Source: a virus. From it: a stretch of 64,000 nucleotides of DNA. The stretch lies in the IMG/VR virus record IMGVR_UViG_3300021373_003070; one strand, given 5' to 3'. Shown here in pieces: positions 19,585 to 28,866 of this stretch; the first letter of the stretch is position 1, and each line of letters begins with the position of its first letter. Both the position numbers and the translations under genes were made by a program. The notes beneath the pieces were generated by a model, which did not search any database, was not told the DNA's origin, and saw nothing but the letters and a program-made list of their open reading frames with translations.

Positions 19585-20440
19585 CGTCGATAACCTCGTA
19601 ACTGCTTCCGGTAGTATCAATACAACTTTAGACGCCGCTATTAAGCGTGTTGGTGGTGTACAAAGTGGAATTGGTGTTTCTGCTGGTAACATTACGCCCG
19701 ATGGATTCCTAGAAACTTCTGCTACGTTGTTAACGAGTGCACAGCAAGATGCCTACAACCTTGCTGTCTTGGAAGTCACCGCGGATGTATTTTCGAAAAC
19801 AGCAGCAGAGTATTTTGCTGAAGAGTATGAAACTGCGGGTATTAGCTTTAGTGAAGCAGTTGATGCATTCGTCAATGCTACTACAGCTATCGCAATTGCA
19901 AGTCATGTAGGAAATATGGCAACACAGGTACAAACATCCGGTGATGCTATTCAAGGTCAACAACTACAGGCGTATGTTCAGAACAACTCTGTTTTGATTA
20001 CGACTGCAGAACTTGATGCCTTTAACAACTCGCAAACTGCATTGCAAGATGCAGCTGATCAGTATGCTGCGGTTGCCGCAGTATATAATGATGCGCAAAT
20101 GATTTCTAATTTCCAGACTAACGCTGATTTAAACGGTGTAGATTTCTTGAATGCTGATTCAGTATTCTTAGATCGTATCGAAAATCAAGGGCTCACTGGC
20201 TTTCAGGCTGGTGTCGTAGTTGACTTTACATCAACTGCAAGCTTGATGTTAGTTGAAGATATTAGTGCTAATATTGAAACGACAAACTTCTTTGTTAACG
20301 CAGGTGCCACGAGCTTCTTTTATACACAAGGCCCAACACAAGATGTTGACACAACTTGTTCTGTTGTAAATGGTGTACTCACTGGTACATTCCAAAACGA
20401 AGATCCTGCAATGCCATGTTACATTGAACCAATGCCATAG
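19505..20440 (+). CDS. Secreted Ala/Thr/Gln-rich helical protein
   Basis: Signal peptide MKNLKNLMMSVALVSGSALA. Confidence 0.7.
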   Translation: MKNLKNLMMSVALVSGSALAGPVQWNSVDNLVTASGSINTTLDAAIKRVGGVQSGIGVSAGNITPDGFLETSATLLTSAQQDAYNLAVLEVTADVFSKTAAEYFAEEYETAGISFSEAVDAFVNATTAIAIASHVGNMATQVQTSGDAIQGQQLQAYVQNNSVLITTAELDAFNNSQTALQDAADQYAAVAAVYNDAQMISNFQTNADLNGVDFLNADSVFLDRIENQGLTGFQAGVVVDFTSTASLMLVEDISANIETTNFFVNAGATSFFYTQGPTQDVDTTCSVVNGVLTGTFQNEDPAMPCYIEPMP

Positions 20441-20449
20441 GAAACTAAA

Positions 20450-20992
20450 ATGTCAATAGAAGAAATGGAACTAAATGTTGGCGGTACATCATTCAAAGGT
20501 GTATGGCTAGCAGTGCTTCTTTCATTTTCTTCTACACTTGGAGGCGGTATTTGGGCCGCCTCTGAGTTCTTCTCACGACTAAATTTGTTAGAGGAAACGG
20601 TAGAAGAATCGCTAAAAAATACTGAGCTAGTATCTGCTCGTTTCAATGATCTCAAGGAAGAGATTGATGAAGACTTAAATGATGCTGATGTAGAAATAAA
20701 CAAAGTGACTCAACAACTCTTAGACAATGATGTAGCTGGTCTACAAGGCAAGTTAGCAACACTAGGTACAAACCTAAAAAGTATTATGGATCGACAACAA
20801 GAACTGATTACACTTGGTGAACGTATTGTCGAAGTTGAGAAAAAAATAACCGAAACTGAAACACTCGTTTCGAAAGCTGAGATACTCTTTAAAGATGCAG
20901 ATAAAATCAACAATAAACTAGATGTGATTCAAAAAGAGATCGACGATTTATGGAACGGCCTCGATTATCTTTCGAATCCATACGGGAGCTAA
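20450..20992 (+). CDS. Membrane-anchored coiled-coil protein
   Basis: N-terminal TM, heptad pattern, ends LDYLSNP. Confidence 0.7.
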   Translation: MSIEEMELNVGGTSFKGVWLAVLLSFSSTLGGGIWAASEFFSRLNLLEETVEESLKNTELVSARFNDLKEEIDEDLNDADVEINKVTQQLLDNDVAGLQGKLATLGTNLKSIMDRQQELITLGERIVEVEKKITETETLVSKAEILFKDADKINNKLDVIQKEIDDLWNGLDYLSNPYGS

Positions 20993-20993
20993 T

Positions 20994-21179
20994 ATGACTG
21001 GATTTATTTTCTCTTTGTGGGAGTGGGTCAACGCGTTGACTCTACTAAGCGTAATGTGTTCGGCCTTTGTTGCCGCGACACCAACACCAAAAGACGATGA
21101 GCTGTGGGGAAAGATCTATAAGTATATAGATGTCTTCGCACTCAACATAGGCAAGGCAAAAGATAAGTACAGCCTATAA
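20994..21179 (+). CDS. Small membrane protein (holin-like)
   Basis: Hydrophobic helix, AATPTPKDD, ALNIGKAK. Confidence 0.6.
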   Translation: MTGFIFSLWEWVNALTLLSVMCSAFVAATPTPKDDELWGKIYKYIDVFALNIGKAKDKYSL

Positions 21180-21244
21180 CATGTCAAATATGTGAGGAAT
21201 GCTGTATAATTTATATTGATCAACACCCTGAGGTTTTTTATATT

Positions 21245-22183
21245 ATGAATGATGATTTTTTATGGGTAGAAAAGTATCGGCCACGTACTGTCGCTGATAC
21301 TATTCTACCAGTCCAACTTCAACAAACGTTTCAACAGTTCGTTGATGATGGTAATGTACCAAATCTTATCCTCACCGGTACTGCCGGTGTGGGTAAGACT
21401 ACTATCGCAAAAGCCATGCTCGAGCAACTCGATTGCGATTACATCGTTATCAACGGTTCGATGAATGGCAATATCGATACACTTCGCAACGATATCATGT
21501 CGTTCGCATCATCGGTATCTCTTCAAGGTGGTCGTAAGTATGTGATCCTCGACGAGGCAGATTACCTTAATCCAAACTCAACTCAACCAGCTCTTCGTAA
21601 TTTCATGGAAGAGTTCTCCAAAAACTGTGGCTTCATCCTCACATGTAATTTCAAGAATAAGATCATCGATCCACTACATTCTAGATGTAGCGTTGTTGAG
21701 TTTAAGCTTGACAAAGAACAACGTATGGAATGTGCAGCACAGATGTTCAAGCGTACATGCACTATCCTTGATAGCGAGAACGTTGATTATGACAAAGCAG
21801 TTGTTGTTGAAGTAGTCAAGAAACACTTCCCTGACAATCGTCGTATTCTCAACGAGCTACAACGATATTCTGCAACTGGTCGTGTCGATACAGGCATTCT
21901 TACCAATTTGCAAGAAGTGACTCTCGACAATCTACTCAAATCTCTCAAAGAAAAAGACTATACCTCGGTTCGTAAGTGGGTAGCAGACAACAGCGATGCT
22001 GATAATACTGTCATCTTTCGTCGACTGTATGACAAATGTTCAGACTTCATGGAAAGCGGTTCGATACCTCAGCTCGTTCTTATTCTCGCTGACTATCAAT
22101 ACAAGGCTGCATTCGTTGCTGACCATGAAATAAATATGACTGCATGTCTCACTGAAATTATGGCGAATTGCTCATTTAAATGA
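21245..22183 (+). CDS. gp44: Clamp loader large subunit gp44
   Basis: LWVEKYRP, GTAGVGKT, ILDEAD, PLHSRC. Confidence 0.97.
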   Translation: MNDDFLWVEKYRPRTVADTILPVQLQQTFQQFVDDGNVPNLILTGTAGVGKTTIAKAMLEQLDCDYIVINGSMNGNIDTLRNDIMSFASSVSLQGGRKYVILDEADYLNPNSTQPALRNFMEEFSKNCGFILTCNFKNKIIDPLHSRCSVVEFKLDKEQRMECAAQMFKRTCTILDSENVDYDKAVVVEVVKKHFPDNRRILNELQRYSATGRVDTGILTNLQEVTLDNLLKSLKEKDYTSVRKWVADNSDADNTVIFRRLYDKCSDFMESGSIPQLVLILADYQYKAAFVADHEINMTACLTEIMANCSFK

Positions 22184-22701
22184 TTGTTGTTCCTAAGTTC
22201 CTCACTCTCGATACCTGTCTCAATATCACTCGTGAATTGGATGACAGGCTATTGAAAGAAGGAATGTGGAAAATTAACAAGAACAACTGGGCAGATCATC
22301 TTACTCGAGGCTTTGACGGAGCTGTATATCTTGCAGATTTCAGAGACCACATGGCACAAGATGACAAAAAGATTTGTTGGAAAATACAGAATAGTGGTTA
22401 CTTCGATCGTAGGATCAATTGGCAAAAGACAAGATTGGTCATGCAAGTATGGGACACTGGCTCAGGTTGTAACTGGCACGCCGACAATCATGTTGACTTT
22501 GCCTGTACCATTTATCTCAACGATAGATGGCAAGAGGAATGGGGTGGTCTGTTAAAATATAGACCGAAAGACGAAGACAAGTATGTCATACCAGATACAG
22601 GTACAATGGTCATCAACACTGATCAAACCTACCATATGGTCACTGAACAGAAGGCTCCATTCTATCGATACACTTTGCAATGTTTTGGAACATACGAATG
22701 A
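22180..22701 (+). CDS. 2OG-Fe(II) oxygenase (prolyl-4-hydroxylase-like)
   Basis: WHAD, IYLN..W..EWGG.L, HMV, R.TLQ.F. Confidence 0.85.
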   Translation: MIVVPKFLTLDTCLNITRELDDRLLKEGMWKINKNNWADHLTRGFDGAVYLADFRDHMAQDDKKICWKIQNSGYFDRRINWQKTRLVMQVWDTGSGCNWHADNHVDFACTIYLNDRWQEEWGGLLKYRPKDEDKYVIPDTGTMVINTDQTYHMVTEQKAPFYRYTLQCFGTYE

Positions 22702-22883
22702 AAATATTTAAGAACAAGAGACCACTGTGCGAAGTAGCTGCATGTAGTAACTTTTTAGAAGACGATCCAGTCATCATCTATCTCGACGAACATGAGTTTA
22801 AAGTTTGTAACGAATGTAGTATGGTATTAGAAGCAATAACGACCAAATTTGAAGAGCGAGAAGACGATGTCGAATCCATTTGA
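22698..22883 (+). CDS. Small Cys-containing hypothetical protein
   Basis: CEVAAC...VCNEC; overlaps both neighbours. Confidence 0.5.
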   Translation: MKIFKNKRPLCEVAACSNFLEDDPVIIYLDEHEFKVCNECSMVLEAITTKFEEREDDVESI

Positions 22884-23253
22884 TTACCTTAATTCTATCA
22901 ACACCACCAAGAAGAATCTTATGCGAGGTTCTAACGATGATGATGTGGCTGAGAAAGACTATCTGCCATTCATGATCAATCGAGGACTGTCTTACTTTCA
23001 GGATACCATCGCTCTTGCCAATGAGATGAATCGCTATCACGACATCGACAAAAAAATGCAATACGAGTTTTATATAAATATTGTCAGACCACGGAAGAGA
23101 TTTTCTAAGTGGTTCAAAAAAGAAGAAGATAGTGACATCGAGGCGGTAAAAGAATATTATGGATATAATGACCAGCGAGCTTCTCAAGCACTTTCCATTC
23201 TCTCAAAAGAACAATTACAAATAATAAAAAGCCGACTAGAAAAAGGTGGTTAG
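22867..23253 (+). CDS. gp62: Clamp loader small subunit gp62
   Basis: PFDYLNSIN, Y.PFMINRGLSYF.D, RPRKRFSKW, ends KGG. Confidence 0.93.
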   Translation: MSNPFDYLNSINTTKKNLMRGSNDDDVAEKDYLPFMINRGLSYFQDTIALANEMNRYHDIDKKMQYEFYINIVRPRKRFSKWFKKEEDSDIEAVKEYYGYNDQRASQALSILSKEQLQIIKSRLEKGG

Positions 23254-23256
23254 TGT

Positions 23257-23655
23257 ATGAACATCGACTCGTTAATTGAGGTCGAACTTGTATCTCCCGA
23301 TGATTTTTTAAAGGTGCGCGAGACGTTAACACGAATCGGTATTGCATCGCCACGGGACATGAAATTATATCAGTCATGTCACATCCTACACAAGCGTGGT
23401 AAGTATTACATCGTACATTTCAAAGAGTTGTTTGCGCTTGACGGAAAGCCAACAAATTTCAATGAGCAAGATGAAGGTCGACGAAACACAATTACAAAGC
23501 TGCTGGCCGATTGGAATCTTATCAAAGTGACAAGACCAGACAGCATTAGCGAACCAATAGCTCCAATCAATCAGATCAAAATCATTGCTCATAAAGACAA
23601 AAATGACTGGCAATTGGTTGCTAAATATAACATTGGAAACAAAGGTAAAAATTAA
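23257..23655 (+). CDS. regA: Translational repressor RegA
   Basis: DDFLKVRETLTRIGIAS, LYQSCHILHK.GKYYIVHFKELF. Confidence 0.97.
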   Translation: MNIDSLIEVELVSPDDFLKVRETLTRIGIASPRDMKLYQSCHILHKRGKYYIVHFKELFALDGKPTNFNEQDEGRRNTITKLLADWNLIKVTRPDSISEPIAPINQIKIIAHKDKNDWQLVAKYNIGNKGKN

Positions 23656-23659
23656 TTTT

Positions 23660-23730
23660 AAAAGTGCTTTAGAATCAATAAGTTAGAGAGTGACAGAGGC
23701 ATGTACATCAGTTATGAATTGTAGTAGAAT
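23660..23730 (+). promoter_or_regulatory. Early promoter with a single IHF-consensus site
   Basis: AATCAA-TAAG-TTA at 23673-23685; TGTACA-N17-TAGAAT at 23702-23730. Confidence 0.7.
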
Positions 23731-23753
23731 GGTACTTCAAATTGGAGATATCT

Positions 23754-24281
23754 ATGGCTATCGTACGATCTTACGGTCTTGATCCACTACAGAAGAAAAT
23801 AGCTAAAAGCTTCTGCGATTTCGCGATGAAGAAGTTTATGCCTCGTATTCATAATAAGATATGCATCAAAATTAAAGGCAAGGACACCTTGCTAGATGTA
23901 GAAGGCATACACGCTGATGTAATTTACGAAGAGTCTTGGTCACCTCGTGAATTCGTTTTACGTATTGATACTAAGCAATCTTACGAACTTTTTACCAAGT
24001 CATTGGCCCATGAATGCGTACACATTAAGCAATGGGCCAAAGGCGAAATGAGACAATACGAACGTGACTACAAAATGACACGTTGGCACAAAGAAAAAGT
24101 CAACGTCGATCGTGTTGCGTACGGTGAATTACCATGGGAGATTGAAGCTCATGGTCGTGAATATGGATTATATGTAGAATTCTTGGAAAATAATGAGACC
24201 CTTGGAGCTTTGATTGATGAAACACATACGGATTACAAACTGCTCGGACCAAAGCAGATGGTATTCAAATTCGGTCGGTAA
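23754..24281 (+). CDS. HExxH metallopeptidase-like protein
   Basis: LAHECVHIKQW ... PWEIEA; GGAG RBS. Confidence 0.7.
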   Translation: MAIVRSYGLDPLQKKIAKSFCDFAMKKFMPRIHNKICIKIKGKDTLLDVEGIHADVIYEESWSPREFVLRIDTKQSYELFTKSLAHECVHIKQWAKGEMRQYERDYKMTRWHKEKVNVDRVAYGELPWEIEAHGREYGLYVEFLENNETLGALIDETHTDYKLLGPKQMVFKFGR

Positions 24282-24411
24282 GACGTTCCCTCTCCTTAAA
24301 GAATACGATACAGAGTATCTCACCTTGCAAGAGCCAGACGACAGCGTGTTGCCCGGCTATCGCTTTAAAAATTATATACTGAAACAAGACTCGGAGTTGT
24401 GTAATGAATGA
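24217..24411 (+). CDS. Hypothetical protein
   Basis: GGAG RBS upstream; fills the gap to the next gene. Confidence 0.5.
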   Translation: MKHIRITNCSDQSRWYSNSVGKTFPLLKEYDTEYLTLQEPDDSVLPGYRFKNYILKQDSELCNE

Positions 24412-24673
24412 TGTTATGACGTACGTCACCATGGGTGGCGAGATTGTTGGTCGATTGAAAGAAGAGCTTGATGATCGTTTGATTATTGAAAATCCACGTG
24501 TGTTTGCAGCAACACCAGAAGGCGCAGCCTTTGTGCCGGGTGTATGTATGACAGGCGAAAAAGAATTGTCTGAATGCGAAGTCATGAAGACTGGCGTTAT
24601 TCTTATCAGCCGCACTGATCCTCAAATTGTCAAAGCTTGGCAACAACAAACATCTGGTCTCGTATTGCCGTAA
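24404..24673 (+). CDS. Hypothetical protein (Sm-like, GGEIVG...NPR)
   Basis: GGAG RBS; ends SGLVLP. Confidence 0.65.
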   Translation: MNDVMTYVTMGGEIVGRLKEELDDRLIIENPRVFAATPEGAAFVPGVCMTGEKELSECEVMKTGVILISRTDPQIVKAWQQQTSGLVLP

Positions 24674-26160
24674 TGATTCTCGAGAATGATCCCTTATTAC
24701 CGATATATCATATCTTATATACTGGCGACAAGGAAGGTGTAAAAGGTCATAATGTAGAAAAGTACTTTGACGATTTTCGAACAGTGAGAATCGTCGATGC
24801 TAATACTGTCGCGCGACGTACACAGGCATGGGATTTTTACAATGGTCACATGCTGAAGAAGCACACCTTATCGATCAAAACTTTCTACAAATCAAAAGAG
24901 AAAGTAGAAAACTTCCAGTACATGAAGTGTGCGCCTGACACACATCAGAACTACTATCGTGATATTATCAAGATGCAGTGGTTGTGCAATAATATTATCG
25001 ATACTGGTCTACGCGAACCTGTTACAGCAGTCACGTTCCCATACAAAGACAAAGATATCGGTAAAATCAGATACAGTTCTGTGATACATCCCGGCACATT
25101 TAGATGGTATGCATTTCAAATATGTGACGTCAATCCACAATGCATTGTGTTCGATCCATTCGATCAGTTTACTGATTATCCAAAAGCAACATTGAGCGAG
25201 TGCTTAGACTTGTTTACTGAGGAAAGTAACAAGTATGAGATTGCAATCTTACCTAATAATGACAACTATCTTACACCTCAAATCATGAATATGAAAGATG
25301 GTTCTACGAATGCATCGATGACCAAAGCGGTCACAGAATATGAAGAACGTGTGAAAGAACATTGGCATTCACCTATCAATATCTTTGTTGGGTATGACTC
25401 AAGACATAACGATGTACATGAGGCTTGCATAAAGAGTATCAAACTCAGCAGCACAGGTATTGAAAACACACCTAATATCAACATCATTCCACTTGACATT
25501 GCTGATATACCTGAATACGATCGTGAGTTTGCCAATCAAAGTGTTGAGTTCTCATACTCAAGATTTCTTGCACCGTACCTGTCTGACTATAAAGGATGGA
25601 GTATTTTTGTCGACAATGATTACATCTTCGAGTCAGATATACTCAATCTATTATGGTTTATCGACGATACGAAAGCAGTGTCGGTTGTACAACATGACTT
25701 TGAGAAGAAATACGATAAGAAGTTCGGTGATACTAAAGATGTGTGGTATGACAAAAAGCTATGGTCAAGCCTGATGGTTTTCAATAACGCTCATCCTGAT
25801 TGCCAAAAATTGACACCAGAAACGATCAATACTGAGTCTGGAAAATATCTACATCAGTTCGAATGGACAGAGAATGTTGGCAAGATACCTGACAAATGGG
25901 CATGGCAAGAAGGCTATAGTCCAGTCGATGAATTTGATGACGCTCGTTCCATGCACTGGACACGAGGTGGATACTGGATAAATAATATGGACATTGATGA
26001 TATATATGGTATGAATGTGCACGCAGCATATCATTACATCAATAATGACTTTCCATCGACGTATAAAAGCTATATAGATCCGAGGAAGTATTTTTACATG
26101 GACTTTATAGCAAGGAAAGATAATTCGAAATACTGTCAACCCAAAGATTTAGGAGAATGA
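24673..26160 (+). CDS. Two-domain protein: unknown (ParB/Srx-like?) N-domain plus GT8-like glycosyltransferase
   Basis: C-half: IFVGYDSR, EFSYSRFL.P, FVDND, WSSLMVFN..H, YLHQFEW, HWT.GG. Confidence 0.75.
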   Translation: MILENDPLLPIYHILYTGDKEGVKGHNVEKYFDDFRTVRIVDANTVARRTQAWDFYNGHMLKKHTLSIKTFYKSKEKVENFQYMKCAPDTHQNYYRDIIKMQWLCNNIIDTGLREPVTAVTFPYKDKDIGKIRYSSVIHPGTFRWYAFQICDVNPQCIVFDPFDQFTDYPKATLSECLDLFTEESNKYEIAILPNNDNYLTPQIMNMKDGSTNASMTKAVTEYEERVKEHWHSPINIFVGYDSRHNDVHEACIKSIKLSSTGIENTPNINIIPLDIADIPEYDREFANQSVEFSYSRFLAPYLSDYKGWSIFVDNDYIFESDILNLLWFIDDTKAVSVVQHDFEKKYDKKFGDTKDVWYDKKLWSSLMVFNNAHPDCQKLTPETINTESGKYLHQFEWTENVGKIPDKWAWQEGYSPVDEFDDARSMHWTRGGYWINNMDIDDIYGMNVHAAYHYINNDFPSTYKSYIDPRKYFYMDFIARKDNSKYCQPKDLGE

Positions 26161-26161
26161 C

Positions 26162-26461
26162 ATGGATAATTTAATCGCACTTGTATTGTTCGCCGGCGCA
26201 GCAGTTGCCATTTATTACTGGCTTCAAAAGCGCAAAGAACCAAAACCCTTTTCGCCTGCAAACCCCGGTATTAGTGAAGCATATTTCAATCAGATTGTAG
26301 ATGGTTATCTACGACTTGGTCGCGAAGGAATGATTCAAGAATGGTCACGCCTTATTATTGATAAAGGTGGAAACTATGTACCACCTACACTTGGTGACGG
26401 CATGACTGATATGGAAATTGCCACTGAGATGGCAATCCTACAAACTGGCGTAAGATACTAG
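26162..26461 (+). CDS. Membrane-anchored hypothetical protein
   Basis: AGGAG RBS, N-terminal TM. Confidence 0.6.
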   Translation: MDNLIALVLFAGAAVAIYYWLQKRKEPKPFSPANPGISEAYFNQIVDGYLRLGREGMIQEWSRLIIDKGGNYVPPTLGDGMTDMEIATEMAILQTGVRY

Positions 26462-26490
26462 TTTACAAATGAATGCATACGATGTAGAAT
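26462..26490 (+). promoter_or_regulatory. Promoter GTTTACA-N17-TAGAAT
   Basis: Motif match; implies the next gene starts at 26514. Confidence 0.65.
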
Positions 26491-26513
26491 GGTATGGAAA
26501 TGAGGAAACACGT

Positions 26514-27104
26514 ATGCAAGAAAAAGTAATTCTAACCGACTGTGATGGCGTACTTCTTGATTGGGAGTATGCCTTCGGTCGTTGGATGGCCCGCCACGGA
26601 TATGAAGTAAAAGTAGAGGGTGTCTATAAAATGGACGTCAAGTACGGTCTCCCTCGACAAGCGTCGAAGGCGTTAGTACGAATGTTTAATGAAAGTGCAT
26701 CAATCAGGAAGATACCACCACTGAGAGATGCAATTAAGTATGTGCGAAAGTTACATGAAGAACATGGCTATGTATTTCATGCCATTACTTCTCAAACAGA
26801 TGACGAGTATGCACAACACCTTCGAATCAAAAATTTATGTGAACTGTTCGGACCATCTACGTTCGAAAAGTATGTCATCTTAGACTGCGGTGCAGATAAG
26901 GATGAAGCGTTAGCAGAATACAAGAACACAAATTGTTTTTGGATCGAAGATAAAGTAGAGAATGCATTGGTCGGTGAGACGATGGGTTTAAGATCAATCC
27001 TCATGGCTCATGGCTTCAACGAAAATCAAGAAGAATGGGCAGACTCTGAAATCATCAGAGTACAGGATTGGAGAGAGTTGTATGACGTCATCACCGGATA
27101 CTAA
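26514..27104 (+). CDS. HAD-family 5'(3')-nucleotidase-like protein
   Basis: ILTDCDGVLLDW (DxDG), ITS, WIEDK. Confidence 0.85.
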   Translation: MQEKVILTDCDGVLLDWEYAFGRWMARHGYEVKVEGVYKMDVKYGLPRQASKALVRMFNESASIRKIPPLRDAIKYVRKLHEEHGYVFHAITSQTDDEYAQHLRIKNLCELFGPSTFEKYVILDCGADKDEALAEYKNTNCFWIEDKVENALVGETMGLRSILMAHGFNENQEEWADSEIIRVQDWRELYDVITGY

Positions 27105-27249
27105 GAAATGTGTCCAGTGTGGTAAAGAATTTAGGGTTGTATTAGTTTGGGCTACGTATTGTAGCGGCGATTGCGAGAGAAAACATTATGACAAAATGGC
27201 AGGAGCACACAAAAGAAGTGCAGATAAGCGAGTTCTTCGCTCAAGATGA
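27082..27249 (+). CDS. Small zinc-finger protein
   Basis: CVQCGKEF...YCSGDC. Confidence 0.5.
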   Translation: MTSSPDTKKCVQCGKEFRVVLVWATYCSGDCERKHYDKMAGAHKRSADKRVLRSR

Positions 27250-27430
27250 TTCACGTAAAGCTGTATTGAGTCAAGATAAATACCATTATATATGCCGATT
27301 GTATGACATAACACATTCCGGTATATTGAGAGAGTATGACACTGTATTGATTGCTGATAGAACACAACAATATGCAGAAGATTGCTGTGAGAATTTTGTA
27401 AATTATGTTGGTAGTTTCAATATTCGCTGA
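27188..27430 (+). CDS. Hypothetical protein
   Basis: 80-aa ORF ending YAEDCCENFV just before the tmRNA. Confidence 0.55.
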   Translation: MTKWQEHTKEVQISEFFAQDDSRKAVLSQDKYHYICRLYDITHSGILREYDTVLIADRTQQYAEDCCENFVNYVGSFNIR

Positions 27431-27752
27431 AGCTTGTAATAGGAAGTGCGGACGCGGGTTCGACTCCCGCCGCCTCCACCAAATGAACACTGTTGATCTA
27501 AAGAGTAGTCATTTTAGTCTACGATCAAGATCCCGGCCGCCGGGTATGTGGGTGGAAATCCGACACAGTGTTCATCTGATGGGGGCGTAATGGATTCGAC
27601 GGGCGACTGAAAGCAAGTGGAGAATCGTCAATGATGCTGACGTTAAACAGGGTCAAACAAAATAGTTGCAAACGATGACAACTACTACGGTGATTACGCA
27701 CTAGCTGCCTGATCCCGCGAGGCTCGCTCCCTCCTCGTCGCCCAACGGGAGC
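27426..27752 (+). ncRNA. ssrA: Circularly permuted (two-piece) tmRNA, tag ANDDNYYGDYALAA
   Basis: T-arm and CGCCTCC-A-CCA at 27454-27481 precede the 5' end GGGGGCG...GGATTCGAC at 27581; G3.U70 pair; tag frame 27668-27712; outer ends approximate. Confidence 0.92.
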
Positions 27753-27771
27753 TTCGATTTAGGACTATAGT

Positions 27772-28071
27772 ATGACACCAAAAAGTAAAGGCGATCCAAT
27801 GCAACGAGCATTAGGACGATTCAAACCAGATCGAAACTGGTATCCAGACGACTTCGATTGGTATCTCAAATGGGTTGCCTCGATTCTCGTTCTTATATCT
27901 CTAGCCATGCGTTCAGCTGGCATCGATTATCGTATGTACGATCTTGGCTTTGGTTTAGCTGGCATTGTTCTATGGACATGGGTATCTGTCATATGGAGAG
28001 ATCGAGCTCTTATCATGTTGAATTCAATCTCGGGCTTTATGTTAGCAGTTACTATTCTTAGGGAAATGTAA
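27772..28071 (+). CDS. Small multi-TM membrane protein
   Basis: DWYLKWVAS...W.DRALIMLN; three hydrophobic segments. Confidence 0.7.
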   Translation: MTPKSKGDPMQRALGRFKPDRNWYPDDFDWYLKWVASILVLISLAMRSAGIDYRMYDLGFGLAGIVLWTWVSVIWRDRALIMLNSISGFMLAVTILREM

Positions 28072-28799
28072 TGGCTCTGATTGCTGAAAATTATACACCT
28101 CTAAAATTATGGGCAACACCGATTGTCGAATACAATATCGAGTTTACTGAAGAAGAAAATCAGTTGATCGAAAAATTCAATGATGATGCTTTCATTGAAA
28201 AGCACAATGCTACGATCGACGGTCCAGAAAAAAACTTTAGATTGGCATGGATGGGTTACAACATATTGAATCGTAATCCTGAGTTTCAATCAATCGCAAA
28301 GACAGTCGTCGAATTATCATTTCACTATCTACGTGATGTCTGGAATCAGAATATACCTGATGACCTCGCTCTTACGATATCAGATTCATGGATTGTAAAG
28401 GTTGGAGGCGACAGCAACTTTAACGAACCAAATTACTTTAGAAATCACAATCATGCTGGTGCATTACTTACTGGCATCATCTATCTTGATGACAGCAGTC
28501 ATGGTACTGTCATTAAAAACCCACAGTATGATTTTCCTTTCTTTCCATTCGTATGGAAACCGCTCGTAGATGATCCATGGCGCAAATCCGAATACATCTC
28601 AGAATCAAAAAGAGGCAAGGTGCTCATCATGCCGGCCAAAACACATCACGAATTATTTCAAACTCCTGATGAATCCGACAGACGATCAACTATCATCTTT
28701 AATATATGGCCAACTGGTGTGATAAGTGCGCAAGCAGGTTCAGAGCTTGATGTTGAAGACTTTGCCAACTGTTATACTCAAGCTGATTTAGCCGACTAG
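28071..28799 (+). CDS. 2OG-Fe(II) oxygenase
   Basis: HNH...TGIIYL, LIMP...HH, R.TIIFN. Confidence 0.8.
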   Translation: MALIAENYTPLKLWATPIVEYNIEFTEEENQLIEKFNDDAFIEKHNATIDGPEKNFRLAWMGYNILNRNPEFQSIAKTVVELSFHYLRDVWNQNIPDDLALTISDSWIVKVGGDSNFNEPNYFRNHNHAGALLTGIIYLDDSSHGTVIKNPQYDFPFFPFVWKPLVDDPWRKSEYISESKRGKVLIMPAKTHHELFQTPDESDRRSTIIFNIWPTGVISAQAGSELDVEDFANCYTQADLAD

Positions 28800-28810
28800 T
28801 TACAAAAGCA

Positions 28811-28839
28811 TGTACATTCGTTTTGCAATGCTGTAGAAT
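28811..28839 (+). promoter_or_regulatory. Early promoter TGTACA-N17-TAGAAT
   Basis: Motif match plus TCAAATGGAG leader. Confidence 0.7.
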
Positions 28840-28866
28840 AGCATCTGTCAAATGGAGATATATACT

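Noticed and set aside
23073-23080. TATAAATA inside gp62
   Set aside because: Intragenic in AT-rich coding sequence; could be chance
27405-27590. Short ORFs on both strands over the tmRNA
   Set aside because: Explained by the RNA gene; no protein motifs
27601-27743. Perfect GGGCGAC/GTCGCCC complement suggesting a one-piece tmRNA closure
   Set aside because: No paired T-stem or CCA follows, and the segment fits a pseudoknot loop; it remains a possible alternative pairing
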